Positions 1-10,825 of a stretch of 64,000 nucleotides of DNA are shown piece by piece (position 1 is the first letter of the stretch; each line of letters starts with the position of its first letter). The stretch spans positions 1,488,001-1,552,000 of the forward strand of contig CM039006.1 in NCBI GenBank assembly GCA_017499595.2, written 5' to 3'. The notes under the pieces are model-generated. The model searched no databases. It was not told where the DNA came from and saw nothing but the letters and a program-made list of their open reading frames with translations. This stretch comes from Psilocybe cubensis (lineage: Eukaryota). A program made the translations under genes and the position numbers.

Positions 1-1040
1 GCTGATGACCGCAGAAGAGTTGGCCCCTCTTTTCAATGTATGTTATGTGTTACTTGAATGTCTGTCATCTCATGTTCTGACGATGTTTTCGTACTGAACG
101 ATGATTATGTTTGTACAGCTACTCTCTGATGCTTTGTCTTACATCTCAGACAAGTGTTATTCTGCGAACAGATTGGATGGTCTGGCTTCACGGGTGTTGG
201 ATACCCCAAGACCGTTCCAACTGTACGTGTTTCCACCATCACTACCTGAGGCAATTCAAGTGATATCGTGTCATTTTCCAGGCCATCGCAAACCATATAG
301 AAGCGAACAACCTACAAGACGATCCTGCCACCAAGAAAAAGTTCAACCTTTTCGTAGGAGCCAGTGTTGGCCCTGAAGTGGAGGACAGATGGGCGAGACT
401 CAATATGTACGCTTCGTCTTTACAACCACACGTTATGGTTAACATGTATACACGTTTAGGATCGCGCGGCGGTACCCCCATCAGGTTGGAAAAGACATAG
501 CAAAGGGAATCAATGCTGGAAGGATTGAGTTTGCAGATAAACACTTGTCCAGTGCGTCTCCTTTCTCCGACACCCCACTCACTTCCATTCCCAATGAACC
601 AATAGTGTTCCCACAAGATCTCACATACGGCTACTACTCCCTCCGCCGCAATCACGGAGACCCATCCAAGCCTCTAGACTGGGCCATCATCGAAGCGACC
701 GCCATTACTGAAGAGGGAGGTATCGTCCCCGGTGCGTCGGTGGGCGCGACACCCGAGATTCTGCAGAGCGCGGAGAAGATCATTATCGAAGTCAACACTC
801 GCATTCCTAACCTCGAGGGTCTGCATGATATCAACCAGAGCTTTTTGCCCCCTCACAGACAGCCTTATGTATGTCTCTCCGGGTCCCATCAATTTATGGA
901 AGTTTGCTGAATGGGCGTTTGCAGTTGATCAAGCACCCGCAAGATCGCATTGGGAATACTTTTATCCCTATTGACCCAGACCGTGTCATTGCGATTGTCG
1001 AGTCCAATCATCCCGATAACCGGCCAAAATTCTCCAGAGG
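1..1040 (+). pseudogene. ACH1: Acetyl-CoA hydrolase/CoA-transferase, 5' half only (begins before the window); probably truncated and frameshifted
   Basis: Spliced peptides [97 protein letters not shown] and RIGNTFIPIDPDRVIAIVESNHPDN are typical of Ach1. Similarity stops near 1040 and no C-terminal exons follow. Confidence 0.8.
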
Positions 1041-1438
1041 TCAGTCATTTTGGTCCAATTTCCTGACTGCAGTCTTAATGTATCACACATCAATCCAAGC
1101 TTCTTTTATGATCATATCGGTGTATGCAAATCTCAATTTCCTTTTCAAAAGCCACGGAAAGCCGCGCGCGTCCTCTCACACTTGTGTACATCGGCGAAAC
1201 ACGAAAACCGACGCGTAGAACCGGCTGGATTGGGAGAGGCACTCGGCACAACCACCTACACAGTGCACGCGCTCGTTCAACTTGGATCGCGTGTCCAATT
1301 GGTCTCTGCGGCAGAGGGGTCAGGTTTGGGGGGCGGGAGTCGTGCACGACGCGAAGAAATGGTGGTGGTGGTGATGAGCGCGTCAGGCGACATCGACGTG
1401 GTGTGATGTTCAGGGGTGCGTCAGTCATCACTGTCTCT

Positions 1439-2885
1439 TCATTCAAAACACCAATACTCACCTTGATAATTTCCAAACCCTTTCCTTCCTTCTCCCCCCT
1501 CCCTCCTCTGCTCGTCGTCGTGCTCTACAGCGAAGAAAGGTGAGGAACACGAACTTACCTGGCAGCACCGCGGACGCTGAGAGAACGAAGCCTTCCCCCC
1601 AATCGCATCCTTGACCATGGTATAACTTTCCCCCATTATCTTTGCAATCACATCCTCAGATCCAATAGCCGCCAAAAAATTCTTCGCCACCTTCCGCCTT
1701 TCCAGCCACGTTGCGGCCAACACCACCTCCGGGGTTTTGACTAACTTAACGCTCATCGGGCGTGTTGTCCGCATGATTTCAACCGTGCAGAATGCTCTTT
1801 CAAGTTTCAAATTTTGCAAAACGTGTTCTCGGCAGACAGGATCCAGCTTGGGCATGACGATCTCGCTGCAATTTGGGTCCCGATAGAACACATCCACGGT
1901 GTAGCACTCTGTGCAATTGTCGCACCCAAAACGCTCCGATATAATATGCACGGCACATCCCTTGGATTTCAAGATATTCGCGAGGTACATGCCGACCACG
2001 TCATGTATCAAATCACTGAACGGAGGCGCACAAATATCCAGATTCTTCTCGACAAGCGTGGCACATAGCCGGGGTATGAAGAGGGCATACAAATCGTCGA
2101 AAGTCTTTTTGGATGAGCATGGGTACTTGCGTATTTCAGCAGTTAACGCGCCAAACTGATCGATAGAATCCTCGTAGGCGGTCATGAGCTCAAAGATTTC
2201 AAGGATCCGACTAGTCCTTAATGGCGCGGTGCTGGAGGCGATAATTGCTGCCTTCACTGCCAACGGTAAGCACAATTTTGCTAAGTTTTCGATATTGCTC
2301 TGAATTTGCATGAGAAAGGAGGTGTTTTGAACGGGGGGAATAATGGTAGGGTTGTAAGGGGAAGTTGGTAAATGTCCTATTTCGCTAGTTGTAATCGCAT
2401 CTTGATTAAGTCTGACAAGGTTGTAGAAAGCCATCAACACGTCATAGTCAAAGTTTGTCTGCTGGACAATGCTGTTCAAGTGATATGTATCAGCAATACG
2501 GTTTCGACAAATTGATAACAGACATACCAGTTTTGAACAAAGGTGACCCCTTTGGAGTGAATCAGCGCAAGAAGCGCGGGTAGATCCTGAGATGTGACGA
2601 CCGTGAAGCCAGAGAAACACTTGAGGATTTCCGAATTTTGCCATGCTATCTCCTCATTAATAAAGCTTGGCCGAAGAAAAGTAAGAAAGTTGAGTCGTTC
2701 TGTGGGCGAGTCGGAGCGGTTGAGAAGAATGGAAAGGCTATGATGAAATTATGGGGCTTTAGTCGCTTATTTTCATGCGTTTCTATTACTTTCCTTAGAT
2801 ATACGTTTGCGAAGCTGAAGAGCTTTAATGCGGCAAGAAGAGACCCGGTCTCAATGGAGCGCAAAGAGCTACCGTTGTCCTTCAT
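1439..2885 (-). CDS. Hypothetical protein, possibly frameshifted; 401-aa ORF with a Cys cluster (GCDNCTEC)
   Basis: Long ORF 1439-2644 with protein-like composition. ORF 2646-2885 abuts it upstream in another frame, suggesting one disrupted gene. Confidence 0.5.
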
Positions 2886-3145
2886 GGCGGGCTAAATGTT
2901 TGTCCTACTTCTTGTTGTCATGGGCAAGCCTGCTTGTTCTACCCAAAGCAAAAATTTCAGAATGCCTCCTCAGATACTTTTTGCAAAGGACGCAAATATG
3001 GGTGCACTCATCTCTCTGTAATTGATTCATGTAACTCTACAGTTTCCGATTCGGTAACTCAACATTGTATGTACGCTACCTATACCATATTGCACAACTA
3101 ACACGGTGTATTTCGTGAAAGTAATCTTCTTCAAATTGGGGAGCG

Positions 3146-4521
3146 CTATGCAACACTTGCTTGTGGGTGTGGGATTTCATTACACTCCGTATTTGTCCCA
3201 ACATCTTTCTTGACTGCCTTTTCGGCCATTTGGTTGGCCGCCTTTGCAGCGGCTTCTTTTTCCACCCGGGCCTTTTCGCATGCTTGTCTAGCAGTTCTTT
3301 CTGGTACAATATCATGAAGGTATTTCTTTAGATGAAAATGAATGAGATAGAAGTGTTGGTTTGAGGCTACGGACCCTAGTAGCAGTGGCGCTGTCCATGT
3401 TTTGCGGGGTATGGCTTCAAAGATGTTACCAGTAATTGGGCGCACAAACTCATTGCCAGGCCCGCTGTAGAATCTTCGTATGGCTCGCCTTCTGTTTCCT
3501 GCGTCATCATTGTTATGACGATTTGCAGAAGCCGGATTTCCCTCTCCCTCTTCTGCCTCTTGCCCTGCAACAATCTCCGGTTCCTCACCTTGCTCCTCCT
3601 CCTCCTCCTCCTCCTCCTCCTCCTCCTCCTCCTCCTCCTCCTCCTCCTCCTCCTCCTCCTCCTCCTCCTCCCCATCCTCTTCTTCTTCCTGTTCCTGTTC
3701 CTCCTTCTGTACCCTCTGCCCCTTCTTTTCTTGATCTAAAATCGTCAATCTGGTAACCAGCCTCCACGACCACCATACGCCGCTCCATGCCATAAGAATT
3801 AGTTCTTCCTTGTCGCTATCCTTCTTAAAAACAAGAGCGCCCTGACGCGAGGCGTCGTTTCGTGCTCTTGAAAGGTTATACCATAGGGAAGTGAAAAATA
3901 ACCCTTCGTTATAGGAGCTACGTGTAGGTTGCCTTTTAATCTCGACAACAATAGCCATTGTAAGTTTTTCCACCTTGATTTTCATCCATTCGAAAAGGGA
4001 TACGTAATCTTCTGGAAAGATAACAGTTTTGGTAACACGATCAATTGGCCGTGCGAGGAGAATAACGAAATCTGGGACTTTTTGCTTCGCCTTTGGTCGG
4101 GGAATTGTCGTAATGGATGAATCTAATCGTGGTTGATTGTCTGGCCATATGTCGATACTATATTGTGGCGCAACATTTACATATGGTCTAAGATCATCCA
4201 CGAGCATCAATAAGAGCCTAAGGTACCAAAGATATCCATCGCATTCCCTGTTTCGAGAGTTCCATTGTCCACTGTAAGGGATGGCAATCCCGACAGAGAG
4301 GTCCGTGATACACCCAAACCTCAATCCTGGGAGCTTGAAGTCATGGCAGATGGCTTCCTGTGCATCCTGATAGTCTTCGGTCATTATGGAGAAAAATTCT
4401 GGCTCGAGATGGGATATTCTGTAAAGTTTACGCCATTATAATATGATTGAACTCCAATTTATACTCAAAGACCATACCTACATGACTCAGATAATTTTAC
4501 GTTAGAGGCTTTGACCACCAT
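3146..4521 (-). CDS. Hypothetical protein with a PD-(D/E)xK nuclease-like motif and a poly-Glu tract
   Basis: 412-aa ORF containing VPDFVILL...IVVEIKR. A short first exon (ATG at 4521, MVVKASNVKLSESC, donor GTATGG) splices in phase to the ORF frame. Confidence 0.65.
3593..3670 (+). repeat. (CCT)n trinucleotide microsatellite encoding poly-Glu on the minus strand
   Basis: Uninterrupted CCT run of about 78 bp inside the ORF. Confidence 0.95.
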
Positions 4522-5261
4522 TGCCACATGGTTATTTGTGTGTAGTAGGCAGAAGAAAACATCACAAGATTGAATGCTGATAGGAGTGATGAATGGTCAA
4601 CAAAACTAGTAACTAATGCATATAAATCGATTAGCTAGAAGTTAGTTTGCTGTTTCCGTACCCTTGGAAAAACCCTGCTCTTCATGCGCTTCTTTTCCTC
4701 TTTAAGCTTTCTTCAATTGGAAAAATTTTTGAGAATCCCATGTCACCGTATGAGAATAGGCTTCCTTGTATGCCGCAGCGCATGGTTTCTGTGCAAGAAA
4801 CACTGAAATAAATTTCGCCACTTCGGTCCGTTTTCAGTATCTTTGTGTATAAGAATTCTAGAGTGTTCGAAGCCGTTCTTAAGCTTATAAATAAATGCGT
4901 GTAAGCATGCCAACAATGGAAACAAGATATTTAATGAAAAACAAATTGACACACCTTGAATTGAACACATGTTTCCGTTCCAAGCGTGCATCATCTTCTG
5001 CAATTATAACAAACATTAAATGATGTGTCTCGACAAACCAATGAGTTCAAACCAACTAAAATAAATTCTTCCGTAGAATAAGGGACTCAGATGGGATTTT
5101 TGCAAACACACAAACTGTGTAACAATAACGCGCCCATAACATGCTGACAGTACTTTTAATCGGCCCGAATCACCTCTAAGAATTCTAGTCTGCGGCCCTG
5201 CGCTCTAACATCTCAGTAAAAAAAAATTGATTGATCGCGTCGGAGCTTGCGAGAACCACAC

Positions 5262-5408
5262 ATTCTCACCCATTTTACACTGAATCAATGATCAGGATTG
5301 ATTTCCAGAAGTATCGAACTCAGAGTCATTATAGTACATGAATCGGGACATGCGGCTACGCACTATCTGCCTCTCCAGAAATGGAAAAAAAGATAATCGT
5401 ATTCAGGT
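5262..5408 (+). repeat. Diverged direct repeat, copy 1 (copy 2 at 6778-6918)
   Basis: Shared blocks ATTCTCACCCATT, GATCAGGATTG, ATGGAAAAAAGATA and GTATTCAG in the same order and similar spacing. Confidence 0.7.
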
Positions 5409-5835
5409 GGTAGAACGCTCGAGAAGTAATAACATGTCTTCTATTGATTGAAAGAACAACGAAAGGCGAAGTAGCCACTCAACAAGCATTAGTAATTTTA
5501 CATGCATGACTCATTATGATTCCCGCATTTATGATTCATCAATTCAATTGCCATCGACGACGGTGTACATATGTATGTACATACCCAAAGAGCATTTTCT
5601 CGCAACTTCCACGGTCAGCGTCTGGAGACTTAGCTTGAATTAGAGATATGAGGTCTCAATACATCTCTGTATTTCTGGTATTGCCTAAATTTCAATAGCT
5701 CTAATATGGTGGTCATTTGAATCTCGTTTGATACACTTTTCCTGATCACAACCTTGGCAACACATACATTCACGGTTCTCTACGTATAGTTATCTGTCAC
5801 CAATTGCTACTTCACTTTTACGGTGCGAAGCATAA

Positions 5836-6596
5836 TCATTCGGCCTTATCATCTTCACCCTGCGATGCGGTCAAAATATGTGAGTGAGCTCCCCCGGGAG
5901 CTTGTTCAGAATTTTCATTCTTCTGTGACTCATGCGCAGTCTTGTCATCTTTGTGATATCTTTCTTTAATCTTGATGTAGTCTTCTTCATACCATTTCTC
6001 AAGTTGTTGGTTATCACGCTAAACACAGAAAAAAGAGCTTAGAAAGTGAAGGGGTTGATGATACTATGCGTTATTCTCACCCTTCCACTGTTGAATAACC
6101 AAAAGGGTGGATTTGGAACCCCCAAATACGTCTGGACAAAATAAATCCGCTTAACATCCTCAGCGAGCTTTAACTGTTTCTTCGACGAGTTATCGGCGAC
6201 CATAATCACAGGAACTTCTGGCCAGTTCCCCATGGGGGTCGCCACAAGCTCACACTTGTACTTGTTCAGATATAGCGCCATTTCCGTCATCGCATTGGGT
6301 ATTTTTTCCAAATACGATTCACCGACTGATATCTTGTTACGCTCGGCAAATCGTATGCAGTCGGACCACCGAAGTGGAAATCCAAGTACTCTATATGGCA
6401 CCTTTCTAGAAGCTAGAGGTGGGGACGCAAGGATCGACCATCCCTCTGGAGGATTTTTGAACTCCGCAGAACGTACGGATACACTGGGAGGCCTGATTCT
6501 CACTTTCTTCTCAGCTTGAGGTCTTCTGCTATATTAGTTTGTTGAAATAGAGAATTTAAAAAAGAGATAGACTAACGGAAGGTCTGTCTGGCTCAT
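5836..6596 (-). CDS. Small three-exon hypothetical protein
   Basis: ATG at 6596 (MSQTDLP); GTTAGT..TAG intron; exon PRRPQAEKKVRIRPP...FWLFNSGR; GTGAGA..TTAG intron; last exon RDNQQLEKWYEED...DDKAE with TGA at 5836. Splice phases are consistent. Confidence 0.7.
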
Positions 6597-6777
6597 TTTG
6601 AAGACAACTTAGCTCTGTCTCGAGGTGTGGTGTAAGGGTGGAAGCAAAAGTCGATGCCACGGCATGTCGAACTTATACAGTAAACAAGAACCACGTGAGA
6701 TATTTCGCATGCCTCCGAATTTAAACTCAGACTACTCGGAGTGAGATCGTGCTCGAAAACAGCTGGGAACGAGACTA

Positions 6778-6918
6778 ATTCTCACCCATTGTACTTGGAA
6801 CCAACGATCAGGATTGGTTGCTAGAAGCACCGAAATTATTGTAATATATGAGTTGGAACGGGCGGCGACGCTGCATCTGGTTGTTCCAAACATGGAAAAA
6901 AGATATAATTGTATTCAG
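6778..6918 (+). repeat. Diverged direct repeat, copy 2 (copy 1 at 5262-5408)
   Basis: Same conserved blocks as 5262-5408. Confidence 0.7.
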
Positions 6919-7312
6919 ACTGCACTTAAACTTGAACCCTAATTCAACGATGAGAGCGGAGCCGGACTAATCTCTACTAATCTACGGATAAGATATGAGA
7001 GAGATAAGGATTCTCCCCTGAGATCCTCAACACCTTTTCATATTTCTGACAGACCTTGATCATCTACGTCTGACGTGAAAGATTTTGAAGTAATGGTTTC
7101 TTCTCTAATTTACAGTATCTAAAATACCTGCTTGCTCCCTCCTCTCTCTCTCGCCTCGAGGATTTTCTCTCTTTTCTCTTCGCCTCGCCTTTCTCGAGCC
7201 TCATCGTTTTTTCAAAATTTTTACTCCCACCCTCTTCTCCCTCCTCATACCTTACCAGTGTTTGGTACAACCACATTGGGCCTTTATTTTTGGCTTTCCG
7301 CGTGGTTTCGAC

Positions 7313-7772
7313 AGGACCCGGGAAGCTCCCCTAGAGGTCTGTCCGCTTTTTTGCCCGATTTTGGCCCTCAAATCCGCATTGTTTTGGGCCTCAAATCCGC
7401 AAAAGCGGACAATGATATTTACTAATTTAGACCTTCCCAATTGGGAAATTTTTTCTCCCTGCGGGGCATGAAAATCGATTCCGGCCTCGGATAATGCCGG
7501 AATCACGCTTTTAAATGTTTTACTGGCAAAATGCCATTGTTGGTGCCTAATTGAACCCAAAAAAGCTCTTTCAGGGCACGGTTTCCCATGGACGACGTGA
7601 TAGAAATTTTTTGAAAAAATCTTGTCCAATTGGCCCTAAAATCCGCAAAAAGCGGACAATGCTTGGGTCAAAATGCCCTCAATCCGCCAAAAGTAGGACA
7701 ATGATTTGGCCAAATTTTGGCCCTCAAATCCGCAAAAAGCGGACAGACCTCTAGGGGAGCTTCCCGGGTCCT
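7313..7772. mobile_element. Non-autonomous DNA transposon (MITE), 460 bp, copy 1
   Basis: 39-bp perfect TIR AGGACCCGGGAAGCTCCCCTAGAGGTCTGTCCGCTTTTT; 8-bp TSD GTTTCGAC (7305-7312 and 7773-7780); matching copy at 18887-19346. Confidence 0.95.
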
Positions 7773-8068
7773 GTTTCGACCCAAACGCTCAGGCCTTTGG
7801 CGGCCATACTCCCCTCCAAATACGTCCAATCCAGTCGCGTTTTCATTGCGTCGGACCGTATCGTCAAACCCACTCCCTTTCAGTGGTGGGAAATTCGTAT
7901 CACCACGAATATCTCGACCTTTCTCTTATTCAAGACTTCTCTAATCTCGAACTCTCATATCTCTCTACTCATTTTTTATTCTCTTACAGAATCCGTTCGA
8001 GCGATATTAGCTTATCCTGGTAACTAGAAATCTATACAATAATACCACCTAGATCACAATGCGGAAGC

Positions 8069-10059
8069 TCAGACAAACCCTCTCCACCGTATCTCAAGCC
8101 ACCTAAATGGAAAGTACAGAATGGCAGTGACTGCAAACGCTACCTCGAACCCTATATCACCAGTCGAGTGCGCGATAGGCCCGACAAACCACACCTGATG
8201 CATCGAAGGAATAACGACGCCGAAGGAAGAGATACCAGCGCAAATAGCCGCAATCCCAGATGGGAGCATGCTCGGTACATTCCAGGCCTCCTTTGTGTAT
8301 CGCGTAGGGTCATTCTTCCTGAAAAAGAGATGCTCTATCACCAGAATGGCGACGTAGGCTGACGCCCAGTATCCAATTAGGCCCAGGAAATTGACCAGGG
8401 TATCATAGAATCGATGAGCCCCAACGATGGAGATAGGGACAACACTGCAACCAAATAGTTTAGCAATCTATCTCAAGACATAAACAAGATGAGTAATTCA
8501 CATAGCTGTCGCCACAAGTGAGAAAACATATCTCGGTACAACAATGAGGGCCGGAATGAATACTTGGATGTTGATGGATATTGAATAGAATGTAGCAGCG
8601 ATGTTCGCCGCCACAGAAAGACTCAATAAGAGGGTAAGGAATTTTGAGAAGTTACCCACGGGGCTGAGGATGGCTTGCAGCAAACCTCCCACGTTACCGC
8701 CTGCGTATCCTTCTTCCCAGTGAGGCACGTTGGAGACCGAAGATACGACAGCTGCACCTAGGCACTGAATAGAAACCTAACGGCACGGTATCAGCTATGA
8801 AAGAATTGACGCGGGTAAATTAAAAGAAAGCTCACTATCGGTATCAAGAAACCCAGGTATGCCGAGAGAAAAAGCTTCCATCTGAGGAAAATCAGTTAAC
8901 GCGATGTGCAATTTGAGCGGTGCAGCTTCCGTACGTTGAAGTCTTAGGCGGGAAATAACTGGTAAAATCTGAGCTAAGGCTTGAATATGTCACAGCGAAA
9001 CCCGCCAGTGTCGATGCAAAGCTGAGAACAGCGGAAGCAGTAACAGGAGTGGGTGGTGGTGGGTTTGACAAGTGTTTTCCACCAACGCCCATCGTGATGA
9101 TATACGTGATTAAGACTGGGATCCATGCCACTCGTTCATACCTTGAAGGCATTTAGTAAGTTTTGAAAAAAAACAACCAATTAGTGCCCACCAATTTAGT
9201 ACGGTATAACCACAGAAGGACACCAACAAGGATATAATGGCAATCACAACGATGCCAACACTATGAAGAACATTGTTAAAAGAAGATGTAAAACGCAAGG
9301 ATCAGAGATAGGACGAACGTCCAACTCAAGTTGTGGCTCGAGACACTCGCTAGCGCCTGCCCTCCTAATATGCAGTTCAAGATAGAGAACCCGATCATGC
9401 CTATCAGGTTCATGATACATGGTACGATAACACCATAGTAACTAAGCAAAGTCGGGTTAGACTGCATAAAGTCTGCGAACGATGGACAACACACCCAAAC
9501 GAATAGCGAGTGATAATCATCTGTCGCATGCCCAATTTAGGACCCCAAGTTCCACTAAATGTGCATTCTAGACTTTGAAAAGCGGCTCAAATATCATGGT
9601 TTGCTTACATGTAAGCGGGAGGGAAACAGCATAGTAAGTTGAAAAACAGGATAGTGAGACATGAGTCGCGGAGACCCAACCCATAAACGACTGGACCAAG
9701 GGTGCCGGCGGAGAATCTTGCATGAATAACTCAATAACGCATCGTGGATACGTATGAAAAAACTCACGAAAGGATGTTGAAGTTCATCGAAAACCACACA
9801 AAAAATATTTTGGAAAAGGGGTGCCCCACTCTTTCGTCCAAGGGCACAGGAGCGATCCCTGTAGTTAAGAATGTCAACCAACGTTATATAACCAATCATG
9901 GACATAAGCTACCATACCTCTCGATTCGACACCCCATGTCAAGAGAGTCCTGGTCAACCCACTGAACCAAATTTTGTCGTTTAAGGACGACTCCTTGTCG
10001 ACATCCACCTCAACGACTTTTTCCGGATCCGATCCTTTGACCTGAGCTTTCAAAGACAT
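8069..10059 (-). CDS. Purine-cytosine permease (NCS1/FCY2-like), multi-exon
   Basis: Peptides WGVESRG, GFSILNCILGGQALASV, YERVAWIPV, GGNVGGLL, PRYVFSLVAT, NFLGLIGYW and WFVGPIAHSTGDIGFE. Confidence 0.9.
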
Positions 10060-10453
10060 AAGAAGATGGTGATAAGAAGGAATGTTACGAGAAGGAAGGT
10101 TATATATTCTTAGGAGAGGATTGGCACTCATGATCTCGACATCATTCGGATTCCATCTCCATGATTAGGTGACTCGAAGGAGCAAAGGATAAAGCGGAAG
10201 AAAAAAATGAGTGTGATCGGCAAAGCGATCGGCTCGGCCCTCGCATGAGCACCGGCCCGACACTCCGTGATAAGACAAGAACTTGGGTTTTTTGGGGTGT
10301 AAGGTTGGGTCCCACATCTCTTTAGCTCGTATGACACGAATGTGTATTGGCAGTTAAAAAGAGCCCAAACGACCTTAACCATTCAGTGATTCAATTATTG
10401 TCATTGAACTAGATTCTGGTCGTGTAAAAAGTCATCATCTATATGAAACCAGA

Positions 10454-10811
10454 TGTTACGGGCACGGTTGGATGAAGCCAGAAGCGAGAATCACGCGAGA
10501 CGGAGAGGGGCAAGGTTCGCGTTGATTCGACGAGAGCAACTATCTACGTACAACCTGGTTAAGTAAAGAGTTGAAGCACAATACATACATTCAAGAGAAC
10601 TGGAGTCCATGTAAGTTGACAGAAACCACAAGAGAGAGAGAGAGAAACAAGGAGAGGTTGAACAGAGGCATGGAATGTAAAGACAAGAAGAAAGAGGGAA
10701 GAAGGGAAAGGTGACAAGTAAACACTGAAGGAATAAGGAGAGGAACGAAGAGCGAGCAAGACGAAACAAGGCGAGGCGGTCACGAGAGCGTGCATGGCCA
10801 TGACCGTGACA
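10454..10811 (-). repeat. 3' LTR
   Basis: No difference from 16143-16500 found by eye; element-sense ends TGTCACGG...CCGTAACA. Confidence 0.97.
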
Positions 10812-10825
10812 TTATCTCCCTTTTT
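10812..10825 (-). other. Polypurine tract (PPT)
   Basis: Element-sense AAAAAGGGAGATAA immediately precedes the 3' LTR and overlaps the pol stop codon. Confidence 0.85.

Noticed and set aside
3376-3788. Poly-Arg, poly-Pro, poly-Leu and poly-Gly ORFs
   Set aside because: Alternative-frame readings of the (CCT)n microsatellite.
7362-7746. Recurrent ~25-bp palindromic units resembling a CRISPR array
   Set aside because: Irregular spacing, degenerate units, location inside a TIR element, eukaryotic context and no cas genes.
7132-7944. Several short ORFs repeated at 18833-19328
   Set aside because: Chance ORFs within the non-coding MITE; no transposase motifs.
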